From positions 1-64,000 of the forward strand of contig JARKSN010000288.1 of NCBI GenBank assembly GCA_029974275.1: DNA of 64,000 bases, read 5' to 3'. Both the position numbers and the translations under genes were made by a program. The notes under the pieces were generated by a model. That model was not told where the DNA came from and did not search any database. It saw only the letters and a program-made list of their open reading frames with translations. The stretch's first letter is position 1; every line of letters begins with the position of its first letter. Positions 31,672 through 41,064 of the stretch are shown here, one piece after another. Origin of the DNA: Candidatus Hydrogenedentota bacterium. GTDB lineage: Bacteria > Hydrogenedentota > Hydrogenedentia > Hydrogenedentales > SLHB01.

Positions 31672-33018
31672 ATGTTCGAATCTCTTAGCAAAAAGCTGGA
31701 CCGCGTCTTCAAGAATATTCGGGGTCAGGGCGTCCTGACCGAAAAGAATATGAAGGAGAGCCTCCAGGAAATCCGGGTGGCGCTGCTCGAAGCCGACGTC
31801 AACTACAAGGTCGTCAAGCAGTTCGTCCAGGATGTCCAGGAAGCCGCCGTCGGGCAACACGTCATCGATAGCGTGTCGCCGGGCCAGTTGATCGTCAAGA
31901 TCGTTTACGACGAATTGGTCAAGCTGATGGGGCAAGAGAACGCCCCCTTGGTCATGGCCAAGACGCCCCCGACGATCATCATGATGGTCGGATTGCAGGG
32001 CCAAGGCAAAACGACTTCCGCCGGCAAACTGGCGGCACATTTGAAGAAAAAGGGGCATCGTCCCTTGCTGGTTGGCGCAGATGTCTACCGCCCGGCAGCC
32101 ATCAAGCAGCTGGAAGTGGTGGCGCAGCAGGCGGGCGTCGAGATGTTCAGCCTGGGCGAAAAGGCCGACCCGGTGGACACGTGCGTGATGGCGCGCGGCG
32201 AGGCGCAGATGCGCAATTGCGACGTCATCCTCCTGGACACGGCGGGCCGGTTGCACGTCGACGAACAGATGATGGGCGAAGTCCGGCGCATCCACGCGAC
32301 GGTGTCGCCGCATGAAATCCTGTTCGTGGCGAACGCGATGACCGGTCAGGACGCGGTGAACTCGGCCAAGCAGTTCCATGCCGCCTTGCCGTTGTCGGGC
32401 GTGATTTTGACGCAGATGGACGGCGATGCGCGCGGCGGCGCGGCGATTAGTCTAATCTCCGTGACGGGCTGCCCGATCAAGTTTGTCGGCACGGGCGAGA
32501 AACTGGACGCGCTCGACGCGTTCCACCCGCGCCGGATGGCCGACCAGATTCTCGGCATGGGCGACATCGTGTCGTTGGTCGAGAAGGCCCAGGAAGTCGT
32601 CGACAAGGAAAAGGCCATCAAGTTCCAGGAAAAGGCCCGCAAGGCCTCGTGGGACTTGGAGGACTTCCTCGATCAGATGCAACAGGTTCGCAAGATGGGG
32701 TCGTTTGGCGACCTGATGAAGAAAATACCGGGCATGAACAAATTGATGGGCCCGGACATGGATTTTGACGAAGACGAATTGAAATACACCGAGGCGATCA
32801 TTCGCTCGATGACGATCAAGGAGCGCCGAAATCCGAACATTCTGAACGGAAGCCGCCGACGCCGCATCGCCGAAGGCAGCGGCACGGACGTGCCGAGCGT
32901 GAATCGCCTGCTCAAGGATTTCGAGCAGAGCAAAAAGATGATTCAGCAAATGATGAAGGGTTCCAAAGGAAAAGGCATGAAAATGCGCGGCCCGATGCCG
33001 CCGTTCATGGGAAGATAG
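31672..33018 (+). CDS. ffh: Signal recognition particle protein
   Basis: GLQGQGKTT, DTAGR, DGDARGGAA, Met-rich M domain. Confidence 0.99.
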   Translation: MFESLSKKLDRVFKNIRGQGVLTEKNMKESLQEIRVALLEADVNYKVVKQFVQDVQEAAVGQHVIDSVSPGQLIVKIVYDELVKLMGQENAPLVMAKTPPTIIMMVGLQGQGKTTSAGKLAAHLKKKGHRPLLVGADVYRPAAIKQLEVVAQQAGVEMFSLGEKADPVDTCVMARGEAQMRNCDVILLDTAGRLHVDEQMMGEVRRIHATVSPHEILFVANAMTGQDAVNSAKQFHAALPLSGVILTQMDGDARGGAAISLISVTGCPIKFVGTGEKLDALDAFHPRRMADQILGMGDIVSLVEKAQEVVDKEKAIKFQEKARKASWDLEDFLDQMQQVRKMGSFGDLMKKIPGMNKLMGPDMDFDEDELKYTEAIIRSMTIKERRNPNILNGSRRRRIAEGSGTDVPSVNRLLKDFEQSKKMIQQMMKGSKGKGMKMRGPMPPFMGR

Positions 33019-33032
33019 GCATTGAAGGTTTT

Positions 33033-33104
33033 GTAGCGCCCGGTCACTGCGCCGGGCGGCATGTGCGAAAGCGTGAAGACGCCCGGGCAGAGACCGGGCG
33101 CTAC
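33033..33104. repeat. GTAG-type REP doublet between ffh and rpsP
   Basis: GTAGCGCCCGGTCACTGCGCCGGGCG (33033-33058) and inverted CGCCCGGGCAGAGACCGGGCGCTAC (33080-33104). Confidence 0.85.
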
Positions 33105-33145
33105 ATGTGCGAATGAGTGAGACGTTTCGCGAAGAGAGGAGACCC

Positions 33146-33436
33146 ATGGCAACAGTAATTCGTCTGAAGCGGGGCGGTCGGTCGCATGCGCCCTACTACC
33201 GCGTAGTCGTAATGGACTCGCGCAACCGCACGCGGGGCCGCGTCATCGACGAGATCGGCGTGTACCAACCCTGCGCCGCCCCAGAGCCCCTGGTCGAAAT
33301 CGACTCGGACAAGGCCCTGGGCTGGTTGTCGAAAGGCGCGCGCCTGTCGGACACGGTCCGCAGCGTGTTGTCGCAAAAAGGCATTCTGGCGCAGCATGCA
33401 CAGCGCGCCGTGAGCGCCGCGACGCCGGAAGCGTAA
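33146..33436 (+). CDS. rpsP: 30S ribosomal protein S16
   Basis: IRLKRGG..PYYRVVVMDSR..WLSKGA; conserved operon position. Confidence 0.96.
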   Translation: MATVIRLKRGGRSHAPYYRVVVMDSRNRTRGRVIDEIGVYQPCAAPEPLVEIDSDKALGWLSKGARLSDTVRSVLSQKGILAQHAQRAVSAATPEA

Positions 33437-33437
33437 C

Positions 33438-33668
33438 GTGAAAGACCTGGTGGAATTGATCGCGAAGAAGCTGGTGGAGCATCCCGAGGACGTGCAGATC
33501 CGCATCATCGACGGCGAAGAAGGTCAATGCCTCGAACTGCGCGTGAACCCCGAGGACATGGGCCGGGTGATTGGCCGGAATGGCCGCACCGCGAAGGCCC
33601 TGCGGACCGTGGTGGGATCGGCGGCCATCAAGACGGACGCCCGGGTATCCCTCCAGATCGTCGAATAA
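33438..33668 (+). CDS. khpA: KH domain RNA-binding protein
   Basis: DMGRVIGRNGRTAKALR; lies between rpsP and rimM. Confidence 0.92.
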   Translation: MKDLVELIAKKLVEHPEDVQIRIIDGEEGQCLELRVNPEDMGRVIGRNGRTAKALRTVVGSAAIKTDARVSLQIVE

Positions 33669-33680
33669 CGGCTGCGGCGC

Positions 33681-34202
33681 ATGTCCGGTGCATGGGTGGC
33701 TATCGGGCGCGTGCGCACGGTGCGTCCCGGCCATCGGCAATTGCGGATCGAACCGTTGCCGGGGCTTGAGACCCAGTTCGCGGCGATCAGGCAGATCGGG
33801 TTTCGGCGAGGCGGCCAGGAGCCGGCGCTCCACGGCGTAGTCACAGTTGAAGTGCAAACGAGGTACGCGGTGGTCACGCTCGGATCGGGCGTGTCGGCGG
33901 ACGCCGTGGCGGCGTTGCGCGGCGCGGACGTTGTCATCGCGCAGGCCGATATGAAGGCGCCCGAGGCTGCACTGCCGCCGGCGCCCGCGATGCAGGATTT
34001 CGACGTGATGGATGTCTCGGGAAAACGGCTGGGCCGCGTGACGGCCACGTATTTTTCCCGAGGCAACAGCGTGATCGAGATAGAAGAAGACGGCGGCGGC
34101 ACGGCGCTGCTGCCGGTGTCGAGGACGACGATCGAGAGGGTCGATATGGAACGCGGCGCGGTGATCGTGTTCGACATGGACCCTTTCCGTCAGGAGGCGT
34201 GA
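33681..34202 (+). CDS. rimM: Ribosome maturation factor RimM (divergent)
   Basis: VAIGRV N-terminus, PRC-barrel-like C-terminus, synteny. Confidence 0.82.
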   Translation: MSGAWVAIGRVRTVRPGHRQLRIEPLPGLETQFAAIRQIGFRRGGQEPALHGVVTVEVQTRYAVVTLGSGVSADAVAALRGADVVIAQADMKAPEAALPPAPAMQDFDVMDVSGKRLGRVTATYFSRGNSVIEIEEDGGGTALLPVSRTTIERVDMERGAVIVFDMDPFRQEA

Positions 34203-34223
34203 CAGCCCCGAGGGCGGACGGAT

Positions 34224-34967
34224 ATGAGAATAGATGTCCTGACGCTTTTTCCGGAGTTGTTCGAGAAGCCGCTGTCGGTGAGTCTGCTGGGCAACGCCAT
34301 GGCCCAGGGCGTTCTCGATGTGGCGGTGACGCAGATTCGGGATTTTACGAAGGACCGGCATCGCACCGTGGACGACGCGCCCTTCGGCGGCGGCGCGGGC
34401 ATGGTGATGAAATGCGAGCCGCTGTTCGAGGCGGTCGAGAGCCTGCGCGGGCGCAACTCGCTGGAACGGGTGATTTTGATGTCGCCGCGCGGACGCCGGC
34501 TCGACCAGACAATCGTGCGCGAGCTGGCGCAAGCGCCGGACCTCGTGCTCGTCTGCGCGCGGTATGAAGGCGTCGACGAGCGCGTCAGCCAGGCGCTGTG
34601 CACGGACGAGCTATCGATCGGCGATTACGTGCTGAGCGGCGGCGAGCTGCCCGCGTTGGTGTTGATTGAGGCCCTCAGCCGGATGATCCCCGGCGTCGTG
34701 GGCAAGTGGGAGTCCGTCGAAACGGATTCGTTTTACGACGGTATCCTGGGTCCGCCGCAGTACACGCGGCCGGCCGAGTTTCGTGGCGTGGAAGTGCCGG
34801 AGGTCTTGCGCAACGGCAACCACGCCGAGATAGCGCGCTGGCGACGGCGTGAGGCCCTGCGCGCCACGCGCGCGCGCCGGCCGGATTTGTTGGCGAAGGT
34901 GAGGGAAAGCGACCGGAAACTACTCGAAGCGATCGAGCGAGACGAAAAGGCCGTGAAGGGAGAATAA
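34224..34967 (+). CDS. trmD: tRNA (guanine37-N1)-methyltransferase
   Basis: VDDAPFGGGAGMV, RYEGVDER, SIGDYVLSGGE. Confidence 0.98.
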   Translation: MRIDVLTLFPELFEKPLSVSLLGNAMAQGVLDVAVTQIRDFTKDRHRTVDDAPFGGGAGMVMKCEPLFEAVESLRGRNSLERVILMSPRGRRLDQTIVRELAQAPDLVLVCARYEGVDERVSQALCTDELSIGDYVLSGGELPALVLIEALSRMIPGVVGKWESVETDSFYDGILGPPQYTRPAEFRGVEVPEVLRNGNHAEIARWRRREALRATRARRPDLLAKVRESDRKLLEAIERDEKAVKGE

Positions 34968-34970
34968 GCC

Positions 34971-35348
34971 GTGAACCTACTAGATGAATTCAAACAGTCA
35001 CAGAAGAAGACAGGCGACAAGATTCCGAAGTTCCGGATCGGCGACACCGTCCGCGTCCACTTTCGCATCGTGGAAGGCGAAAAGGAACGCATCCAGGTAT
35101 ACGAAGGCGTCGTGATCGGACGCAAAGGCGACGAAGGCCCGGAAGCGAACTTCACCGTGCGTCGCGTGGCCTTCGGCGAAGGCGTCGAACGCGTGTTTCC
35201 GCTGCACTCGCCGCGCGTCGAGAAGGTGCAAGTCACCCGCGAAGGCAGCGTGCGTCGCGCCAAACTCTACTATCTGCGCGAACGTTCCGGCAAGGCCGCC
35301 CGCGTGAAGGCCAAGGAACGTTCGACGGTAAAAAAAGTGCAGCAGTAA
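34971..35348 (+). CDS. rplS: 50S ribosomal protein L19
   Basis: [32 protein letters not shown]. Confidence 0.98.
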   Translation: MNLLDEFKQSQKKTGDKIPKFRIGDTVRVHFRIVEGEKERIQVYEGVVIGRKGDEGPEANFTVRRVAFGEGVERVFPLHSPRVEKVQVTREGSVRRAKLYYLRERSGKAARVKAKERSTVKKVQQ

Positions 35349-35361
35349 GCTTGAATGTCTA

Positions 35362-35510
35362 TCGGGGAAACCTCGTCGAAACGAGGTTTCCCCGAACCCC
35401 TTCCAGAAACGTTTGAGCGTGGCGCATCCTACGCGCGAAGCGCACCCAAAAGTTCTTGGGAGGGATGTGGGGAAGCCCTTCTTGCAGGAAACGTTTCCCC
35501 AGACCCCTTT
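35362..35510. repeat. Three-hairpin intergenic repeat, copy 2
   Basis: TCGGGGAAACCTCGT/ACGAGGTTTCCCCGA stem; CCCCTTCCAGAAACGTTTGAG...AAAAGTTCTTGGGAGGG; similar to copy 1 in the opposite orientation. Confidence 0.8.
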
Positions 35511-35528
35511 ATCTCCCTGGAGACCGCT

Positions 35529-36329
35529 ATGCACGCCCTGCCATCTTTGGATTCGCTCCGCGCCATGGCCGCCGCAGGCCCGCCGTATGACAACGGATTC
35601 CTCGCGTCGTTGCAGCGCGATCCCCGGACGTCGGCGCGCGCGTTATATGCACGCTGCGTGCGCCGGGCGACGCGGAACGCCGCACTGGTCGCCCGCGCCG
35701 ACGCCATGATGCAATTCGAGCGCGAGGCCCATGCCGCCGGATTCAAGCGCATTGCGGGCGTCGACGAGGCCGGACGCGGCCCCTTGGCAGGCCCCATCGT
35801 CGGGGCTGCGGTCGTATTGGCGGAACCCGTCCCGGGGCTGAACGACTCGAAGCAGTTGACCTCCGAGCAACGCGAACTGCTCTTCGCCGAGTTGCACGAC
35901 GGTCGACACGCGATCGGCGTGGCCATGCTCGCGCCGGAAATCATCGATCTCCAAGGCATTCAAGCCGCGAACTATTCCTGCATGGCGCAAGCCGCGGCGA
36001 AGATCGATCCGTCGCCGGACTTCCTGCTCGTGGACGGATTCGCCATACCCGGCTGCCGCTGGCCGCACAAGCGCATTGTGAAAGGCGATTGCCTGTCGCA
36101 ATCCATCGCCGCGGCCAGCATCATCGCCAAAGTCATCCGCGATCGCATCATGATCGAACTCGACCGGGCGTATCCGCGCTACGGCTTTGCCCAACACAAA
36201 GGCTACGGCACGCAAGCGCACCTCGACGCGATCAAGACGCACGGCCCCTGTCCGGCGCATCGCAAGAGCTTCGCCCCAGTTGCGGAATGGGCCGAAACCG
36301 GTGTACTGTTTCCTCCTTCCGCCCGATAG
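35529..36329 (+). CDS. rnhB: Ribonuclease HII
   Basis: AGVDEAGRGPLAGP, LNDSK, LVDG, KGD..SIAAASIIAKV, HKGYGT. Confidence 0.97.
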   Translation: MHALPSLDSLRAMAAAGPPYDNGFLASLQRDPRTSARALYARCVRRATRNAALVARADAMMQFEREAHAAGFKRIAGVDEAGRGPLAGPIVGAAVVLAEPVPGLNDSKQLTSEQRELLFAELHDGRHAIGVAMLAPEIIDLQGIQAANYSCMAQAAAKIDPSPDFLLVDGFAIPGCRWPHKRIVKGDCLSQSIAAASIIAKVIRDRIMIELDRAYPRYGFAQHKGYGTQAHLDAIKTHGPCPAHRKSFAPVAEWAETGVLFPPSAR

Positions 36330-36371
36330 AGCGGCGGCAACGCCCAACAGCCGGAACCGGAGCGCCTTCAC

Positions 36372-38198
36372 GTGAACACGATCGTCTGCCATGACCAACG
36401 CCCTCGGGCTGTTGCCCTCCTTGCGCGGCGAAGCGCAAAGGCGTTGCGGCGATCTGCGGCCATCCTTCTATCCGGCGGCCTCTTCCTTCTTCTGGCCGGG
36501 TGCGCCACAACCCATGCGCGGATCGTGGACGACGAGGGCGCGCGCGTCGTCAAGCGCGAAAAAACTGCCACATCCATGGCCGAAGCGATAACGCATTATC
36601 TCGCGGCGACGATCGACAAGCGCAACGGACGTTTCGAAGAGGCCGCCGTCGGCCTGCAAGCCGCCGCCGCCGCCCTGCCCGACAATGCCCCGCTGGCCAT
36701 CGAGCTCGTCCAAGCCTATCTGCGCACCAAGGACCTCGCCCAGGCCCTGCAAGCGTGCGAACGCGCCGTCGTGCTCTCCCCAGACGACGCCAGCCTCTGG
36801 ATCGTCCTGGGGTGGCTGTATCGCAACCAGGACCTCTACGAAAGCGCCGAGGCCTCCTTCCGCAAGGCCATCTCCATCGACAAGCAAAATCCCCTCGGAT
36901 ACGAAGCCCTGGCCATGATTCAGGAAAAGACCAACGACCTCGTTTCCGCCATCGACATATACGAAAGCATGCTCGCCATCTTGCCCCAATCGGCGGCGCT
37001 CCACTATCAGCTAGGCCTCACCTTGGCGCGCATCAACGACACCCGAGGCGCGCGCGCGGCCGTCGAACAAGCGCTCGCATTGGACCCCGGCCTGGACCAG
37101 GCGCGCTTCCTGCTCGGCGTCGTTTGCCTCGATCTCGGCGACAACGGCCTCGCCATCGAACAACTCGCCCGGGTGGTCGAAGCCAATCCCTTTGACATCC
37201 GCGCCCGCCAGAACCTGGCCGCGGCATTCGCGCGGCAAGGGCAACACGACAAGGCCATTCAGCAGTACGACGCCATTTTGGCCTCGCCGGACGCTTCTCC
37301 CAAGGACACCCTCGCCCGGACATACCTCCTGCTGCGCGCAGGCGATTATCAGCAAGTCATGAACATCACCCCGCCCAACGCCGCGCCCTACATGGGCCGA
37401 CTGCTGCAAACGCTCGCGATCAAGTCCAGCGGAGGCGCCTACCGAGACGCCCTGGAATCGCTTGACCAAATCCAAGGCGACCTCGACGCCGAGAGCAAAA
37501 ACTTCCTGAGCGAATTGGCGTCGCTTTTCGGAAAAACGGAAGTGAGCGGCTATTTCATCGAGGCGTTTCAGGCCTTCCGCTCGGAGGGCGTCGTCTCGCG
37601 GACTGTGGACGCCTTGCTCGCGCGCGTTTTGATCACGATCAAGGATTACGCCCAAGCGGAAGCCGTCCTGACCGACGCCCTCGCCCGCCACGGCCAGGAC
37701 AAGCTCCTTCATCTGTACGCCGGGATGGTCTACAACGATCTCGATCGCTTCGACGAAACCGAGGCGCATCTCCGGGCGTGCCTCGCCATCGATCCGAACG
37801 ACGCGGAAGTGATGAACTTTCTCGGCTATCTGTACGCCGATAAAAACCGGAAACTGGACGAGGCCCATGCGCTGTTGAAACGCGCCCTCGAAATCGATCC
37901 CGTCAACGGCTATTTCCTGGACAGCATGGGATGGGTATTCTACCGCCAAGGCAACGCGGACAAAGCCGTCGAGTATATCCGGAAAGCCATCCTCGCCATG
38001 GATTCGGACGACGCGGAGCTGCGCAACCACCTCGGCGACGCCTATCTGCTCCAAGGCGACCTCGAAAAGGCCATCGGAGAATGGCGCCGGGCGCGCCGGC
38101 TCAACCCCGATCTCAAGGGCGTGCAGGAAAAACTCGATCAGCACGCGATCCACGCCCCGTCAAAGCGCGGGGAACTTCCCGGCCCGCCCGCGCCATGA
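36372..38198 (+). CDS. TPR-repeat lipoprotein
   Basis: Lipobox LLAGC; many TPRs; NFLGYLYAD...DSMGWVFY...HLGDAY. Confidence 0.85.
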   Translation: MNTIVCHDQRPRAVALLARRSAKALRRSAAILLSGGLFLLLAGCATTHARIVDDEGARVVKREKTATSMAEAITHYLAATIDKRNGRFEEAAVGLQAAAAALPDNAPLAIELVQAYLRTKDLAQALQACERAVVLSPDDASLWIVLGWLYRNQDLYESAEASFRKAISIDKQNPLGYEALAMIQEKTNDLVSAIDIYESMLAILPQSAALHYQLGLTLARINDTRGARAAVEQALALDPGLDQARFLLGVVCLDLGDNGLAIEQLARVVEANPFDIRARQNLAAAFARQGQHDKAIQQYDAILASPDASPKDTLARTYLLLRAGDYQQVMNITPPNAAPYMGRLLQTLAIKSSGGAYRDALESLDQIQGDLDAESKNFLSELASLFGKTEVSGYFIEAFQAFRSEGVVSRTVDALLARVLITIKDYAQAEAVLTDALARHGQDKLLHLYAGMVYNDLDRFDETEAHLRACLAIDPNDAEVMNFLGYLYADKNRKLDEAHALLKRALEIDPVNGYFLDSMGWVFYRQGNADKAVEYIRKAILAMDSDDAELRNHLGDAYLLQGDLEKAIGEWRRARRLNPDLKGVQEKLDQHAIHAPSKRGELPGPPAP

Positions 38199-38256
38199 CC
38201 GCTCTTGTCCGTCGCGACCGCTTTTCCGCCCATCCCGCGACACCTGCGGGGGCCTC

Positions 38257-38823
38257 ATGAGCCTGTTCGCGACGCTGGCCATATCCGTCGGCCTGGCGAT
38301 GGACGCGTTCGCCGTGGCCATCGCTTCAAGCATTGCCATGGGCGACATCACCCGTCGGCAAATATTCCGCTTCGCATTCCATTTCGGCCTGTTTCAGGCC
38401 CTCATGCCGATTTTGGGATGGATGGCCGGACGAACCGTCCATGCATGGATACGCGACTGGGACCATTGGATCGCTTTCGGCCTGCTTTCCTGGGTGGGCC
38501 TCAAGGCGATTCGCGAAGCCCTCAAGGAAGAAACCCACGCCAACGAGGAGCGCGCCGATCCCACCCGCGGCATGAGCCTCGTGATGCTCTCCACCGCCGT
38601 CAGCATCGACGCCCTGGCCGTGGGACTCAGCTTCGCCATGCTCGATGTCCAGATATGGACTCCCTGCATCATCATCGGAATCATCACGGGCGGATTCACC
38701 GTCGTGGGCATGACCATCGGAAGCCGCCTTGGCTCCCGATTCGGCAAACGCATGGAGATCGTCGGCGGCCTTGTGCTGCTTGGAATCGGCGCGCACATCC
38801 TGCTGCAACATCTCCTCGCATAA
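38257..38823 (+). CDS. mntP: Manganese efflux pump MntP
   Basis: GLAMDAFAVA, FGLFQALMP, DHWIAF, SIDALAVG. Confidence 0.95.
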   Translation: MSLFATLAISVGLAMDAFAVAIASSIAMGDITRRQIFRFAFHFGLFQALMPILGWMAGRTVHAWIRDWDHWIAFGLLSWVGLKAIREALKEETHANEERADPTRGMSLVMLSTAVSIDALAVGLSFAMLDVQIWTPCIIIGIITGGFTVVGMTIGSRLGSRFGKRMEIVGGLVLLGIGAHILLQHLLA

Positions 38824-38919
38824 TCCCCCGGAAAAGCGCGCCGGGAAACTGGAAACCCGCTGCGATTTTTGCTAGCATCCTCCCCTTGGACAGCGCAAAA
38901 CAAAGCTGTTCCGCTCTGC

Positions 38920-39009
38920 GGAGAGGTGGCCGAGTGGTTGAAGGCGGCGGCCTCGAAAGCCGTTGTACCGCTTGCGGTACCCGGGGTTCGAATCCCCGCC
39001 TCTCCGCCA
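38920..39009 (+). tRNA. tRNA-Ser (anticodon CGA)
   Basis: GGAGAGG/CCTCTCC acceptor stem + GCCA, anticodon arm GCGGC-CTCGAAA-GCCGT, long variable arm, GGTTCGAATCC T-loop. Confidence 0.97.
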
Positions 39010-39116
39010 TTCCCCCCAACGTTCCGCGAGGCATCGCCCCAACGCGTACGGGCCGTCGTTTCCGGAAGCGCGTGGGCATGGCACAAACGCCCCAAGGGCA
39101 AGGAACCGGCGCCCCC

Positions 39117-41039
39117 ATGAAACAGACCCTTGTCGTTGGAAAACGGGCGGGATCGCCCGAACGTCTGGCCTGTGACGACCTGAAACAAGACCTCGAACGA
39201 GTCACCGGGGCGCCCGTGACCATCCAGTCCGAAGAGGCCGGAATCCCTGACGACGGCATCGCCTATCTCGTGGGAACGCCCGATAGCAGCGACGCCATCG
39301 CGGCCTTGAGCGCTTCGGGGCAGATCGCCGTGACCGCCGCGCACCCCGGGCCGCAAGGGGGCCAAATCGTCCGCGTGGACCGCGCGGGAAAAGGCCCCTT
39401 GATGGTTCTCGCAGGCAGCGACTTTCGCGGCGCGCAGCGAGCGGTCTACGCGTTTTCGCACACCTGCCTGGGCGTAGATCCGTTCCAATACTTTACGGGG
39501 TATGTTCCCCCGCAACAGCCCGACTTCCAGCCGCCCGCCATCGACCGGACACTGCCTCCGCCGTCGGCGCCGATCCTTTGTTATTTCGACAACGACGACG
39601 ACGAACTGGCGAATATGACCCAGCCCTACCTCGAATTCGATCTCGACACCTGGAAGGGGCTCGTCGATTCTCTCGTGCGCATTGGCTACAATGCGATCGA
39701 CATCCACGATCAACTCGGCCGCAGCGAATTTTACCGCTGGGACGATTACAAGCGAATCCGCCCCGACTACCGCTGCGATCTCGACCTCGTCTCGCGCCTG
39801 ATCGACTATGCGCACAGCAAGGGCGTGATGATCCAAATCCCCATGTACCTCGCGTGGGAGTTCAGGCACATCACCGAGGAGCAGGCGAACTGCTGGACGC
39901 ATCACAAGCAGGCGTGGATCGACACGTGGACCTACTACCTGAAAGAAACGCCGCTGGGCAAGGGCGATATCTTCCTCGATCGCCCCCGCAGCCAACTGTG
40001 GGATTCCTACTACAAAAGCAGCATCGGCGAAGACGTGGGCGAGGTCATGACGGAAGCGTTCGCCGCGTTGCGCGACGCGGTCTTGGAACACAATCCGCGC
40101 GCCGTGCTTATTTGCGATCTCTACGCGCACGGTCAAGACCTTTGGCGCGAAGGCCGCTTCGCTCCGCCCCGCGACTACATCATGGCGTGGCCCAATGACG
40201 GTTGGGGCCATTACGCCGATTTCCCGCAAGACCTGCGAGGCTACCGCTTCGGCTGCTACATGCACGCGGGCTTTTGGCTAAACCACGTCGTCCAGGACCC
40301 CTACCCCGCGCGCATCGAGCGCAGCATGCGCGAACTGCTGACGCGCCATCGCGCAAATCATTACGTCCTCGTGAATGGCCAGACCTTCCGCCACTTCTTG
40401 CTCAACCTGGAAGCCTACAGCCGCGCCGTCGCCGATCCCGATCGCTTCGACGGCGAAGCCTTCCACCGGGAATTCATGACGCGCTACTTCGGCGCGAAAG
40501 CCGCGCCCCATGCAGTCGCCGCCTTCGACCAACTTCACGAAGCGAACGGCAAAGGATATGTCAGTCTCATCCACGACGTCATGAGCGATCTCAATGCCTG
40601 CAAAGAGCGCAAGGTCTTCGATTCGCTGGACGCCCTGCGCACAGACCGGGCCGCCTGCGCCGATCGCCTTGCAATGCTTGAATCGGCTCTCGAAAAAGCC
40701 CTTCAGGCCGACGCCGTCGCGGACGACCAAGCCGGTTTTTGCCACGATCACGTCGTGTTGCCAATCCGTTTGTTTGTGCAGACCGTCGCGCTCCGGCTGG
40801 CCTTGCAAGACGCCCTCGTCGCGTGGAACGAAAACGCCCGAGAAGGCCGGCAAGACGGCAAGACGCGCGCCGAGGCCGCCATCGCCCGCGCCAGAGACAT
40901 CCTTGCCGCCCACCTGAAAACCCGCGAGGACGGCGACAAAAACCCGAAATGGAAAACGTGGTATGACCCGGCCAAGCGCCGGCCCAACGGCGGATTTCCC
41001 ACGATGGCCGACCTCGACGGCATCCGTTTCGCCGAATAA
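39117..41039 (+). CDS. Glycoside hydrolase family 115-like protein
   Basis: N-domain DLERVTG..YLVGT..LAGSDFRGAQRAVYAFS..LGVDPF resembles GH115/GH67 N-termini; WPNDGWG, GCYMH. Confidence 0.6.
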   Translation: MKQTLVVGKRAGSPERLACDDLKQDLERVTGAPVTIQSEEAGIPDDGIAYLVGTPDSSDAIAALSASGQIAVTAAHPGPQGGQIVRVDRAGKGPLMVLAGSDFRGAQRAVYAFSHTCLGVDPFQYFTGYVPPQQPDFQPPAIDRTLPPPSAPILCYFDNDDDELANMTQPYLEFDLDTWKGLVDSLVRIGYNAIDIHDQLGRSEFYRWDDYKRIRPDYRCDLDLVSRLIDYAHSKGVMIQIPMYLAWEFRHITEEQANCWTHHKQAWIDTWTYYLKETPLGKGDIFLDRPRSQLWDSYYKSSIGEDVGEVMTEAFAALRDAVLEHNPRAVLICDLYAHGQDLWREGRFAPPRDYIMAWPNDGWGHYADFPQDLRGYRFGCYMHAGFWLNHVVQDPYPARIERSMRELLTRHRANHYVLVNGQTFRHFLLNLEAYSRAVADPDRFDGEAFHREFMTRYFGAKAAPHAVAAFDQLHEANGKGYVSLIHDVMSDLNACKERKVFDSLDALRTDRAACADRLAMLESALEKALQADAVADDQAGFCHDHVVLPIRLFVQTVALRLALQDALVAWNENAREGRQDGKTRAEAAIARARDILAAHLKTREDGDKNPKWKTWYDPAKRRPNGGFPTMADLDGIRFAE

Positions 41040-41064
41040 CGGGACGCGCCGCGTCCCGAGCGCG

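Noticed and set aside
35355..35528. N-terminal extensions of RnhB (and of CarB at 19948-20064, SufD at 48962-49036)
   Set aside because: They are read-through translations of the intergenic repeats; conserved N-termini start downstream.
38205..39116. 944-aa fusion ORF spanning mntP and the tRNA
   Set aside because: The upstream part overlaps mntP and tRNA-Ser; the plausible start is ATG 39117.
38920..41039. Genomic island integrated at tRNA-Ser
   Set aside because: No integrase, no duplicated tRNA 3' end noticed, and no evident compositional shift downstream.
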